Shown piece after piece: positions 62,901 to 64,000 of a stretch of DNA of 64,000 nt. Every line of letters begins with the position of its first letter. Position 1 is the stretch's first letter. Position numbers and translations under genes: made by a program. Source of the DNA: Yuukianura sp. NJ FZ-2021 (taxonomy: Eukaryota). Location: the NCBI GenBank assembly GCA_046563655.1, contig CM102284.1:6820001-6884000 (forward strand), read 5' to 3'. The notes beneath the pieces were generated by a model. It made no database searches and had not been told where the DNA came from. It worked only from the letters and a program-made list of their open reading frames with translations.

Positions 62901-64000
62901 GGCATGTGAAGGAATAATATATGGGAAAAAGAACGCAGAAGAAAGAGGATTTTAGGAGTTTCATTTCGCCTATTTAGGCCCATTAGGTTAGGCACTCTTT
63001 TCTTTACTTTCTTCTACTTGTTCTTAAGTTAAGATTGAAACAAGTTGAGCATAGAAAAAAGAAAAGAGTCTAACGGTTAGTTAATGCCTAATCTTCCTAA
63101 AGTGAAAGTACACATTGTTAGACTATGCTTTTGGTAGAACTTTTGTAAGTAAGGAAGAGAGTCCTCATTTCCCACACTTTCATTTCCTTTCTTATCCCTC
63201 ATCTTCTTGATTTCCGTTGTCTTTTGTAGGGTTTTTATGGGCGGGGCAGATTTTACTGTGGAAAGAGCCCATATGTCATTTGGACTAGAAACAATTACTC
63301 AAACAAAGACGCTCTCCGCTTCGTTTTCTCCGGGTTTTGATTACATCCAAATTGAAATTTCAAATTAAGTGACCGAAACCTCACAAAATTTGGGTAGGAT
63401 CCAAGTCCAGTCTGGTCAGACATCAACTGGAGTCAATTTCATTTTGTTGTCTTTACTGTAAGAAGATGACGTAATTTATATCTAATTGAATCTTCAAAAT
63501 TTTCGAGGCTTCGCTGTGTCTTGGAACAAAATTTTCGGTTTTTCGGTTTCTGCTTTTGGAGAAAAAAGCTTTAGAAATTACTAGAGTAAATATTCTAAAA
63601 CAATTTTGAAACTTAGAGAAAGTTTTTCTATATAAAAACGATGTTGTCCTGAATTTTTTTTGGAGAAAGGTGTGAATTTAAGAATTTTTGAATTTGTCAT
63701 TTATGAAAAGCTGCTGCGTGTTTAATACTGGATATTAAATTTGAAATGAGAAGAAACGGAAGAGCAGTTAGCGGTGAAACAAGTACTACTACTGTGCATA
63801 GTAAAATAGTTGAAAATGACTAAGCACTGGGAAAGTGAAAGTAAAAGTTAGACGAGGATTCAAATGTGCGTTTGAATACCCGCATTTATGAAGTAATGAC
63901 TTGGTTTATGGGAGAGAGAAGGTTGGATGACATGATGGCTGCTCCCCGCCTTCCCTCATTTTCAAAATTTCAAAAACCCGGGAAAAGCAGGTTGGCAGAG

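Overview
Eukaryotic, AT-rich arthropod (hexapod/pancrustacean) genomic DNA with GT-AG introns. A springtail origin is plausible but cannot be proven from the sequence. Most ORF-track entries are spurious and the real genes had to be spliced by hand. Left to right: (1) two collier/knot (COE/EBF) paralogues arranged tail-to-tail; the + copy is 5'-truncated by the window edge and the - copy lacks a recognisable Ser/Gly/Pro-rich tail; (2) three tandem intronless cysteine-rich (EB-module-like) proteins with signal peptide and hydrophobic C-tail; (3) APC4; (4) an ion transport peptide (ITP/CHH-family) gene with an alternative ITPL exon; (5) a defence-like block of three CAP/SCP genes and a Reeler gene; (6) a compact housekeeping block of RPA34/CD3EAP-like, V-ATPase subunit C, MTAP and AF9/ENL; (7) about 13 kb with no recognisable coding exon. 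Non-coding structure includes a 3-copy dispersed repeat carrying tandem CRE palindromes, a 31-bp minisatellite, over-represented perfect DR1 (AGGTCAAAGGTCA) and AAAGTGAAAGT motifs, and phased A4T4 tracts seen mainly outside the housekeeping block.
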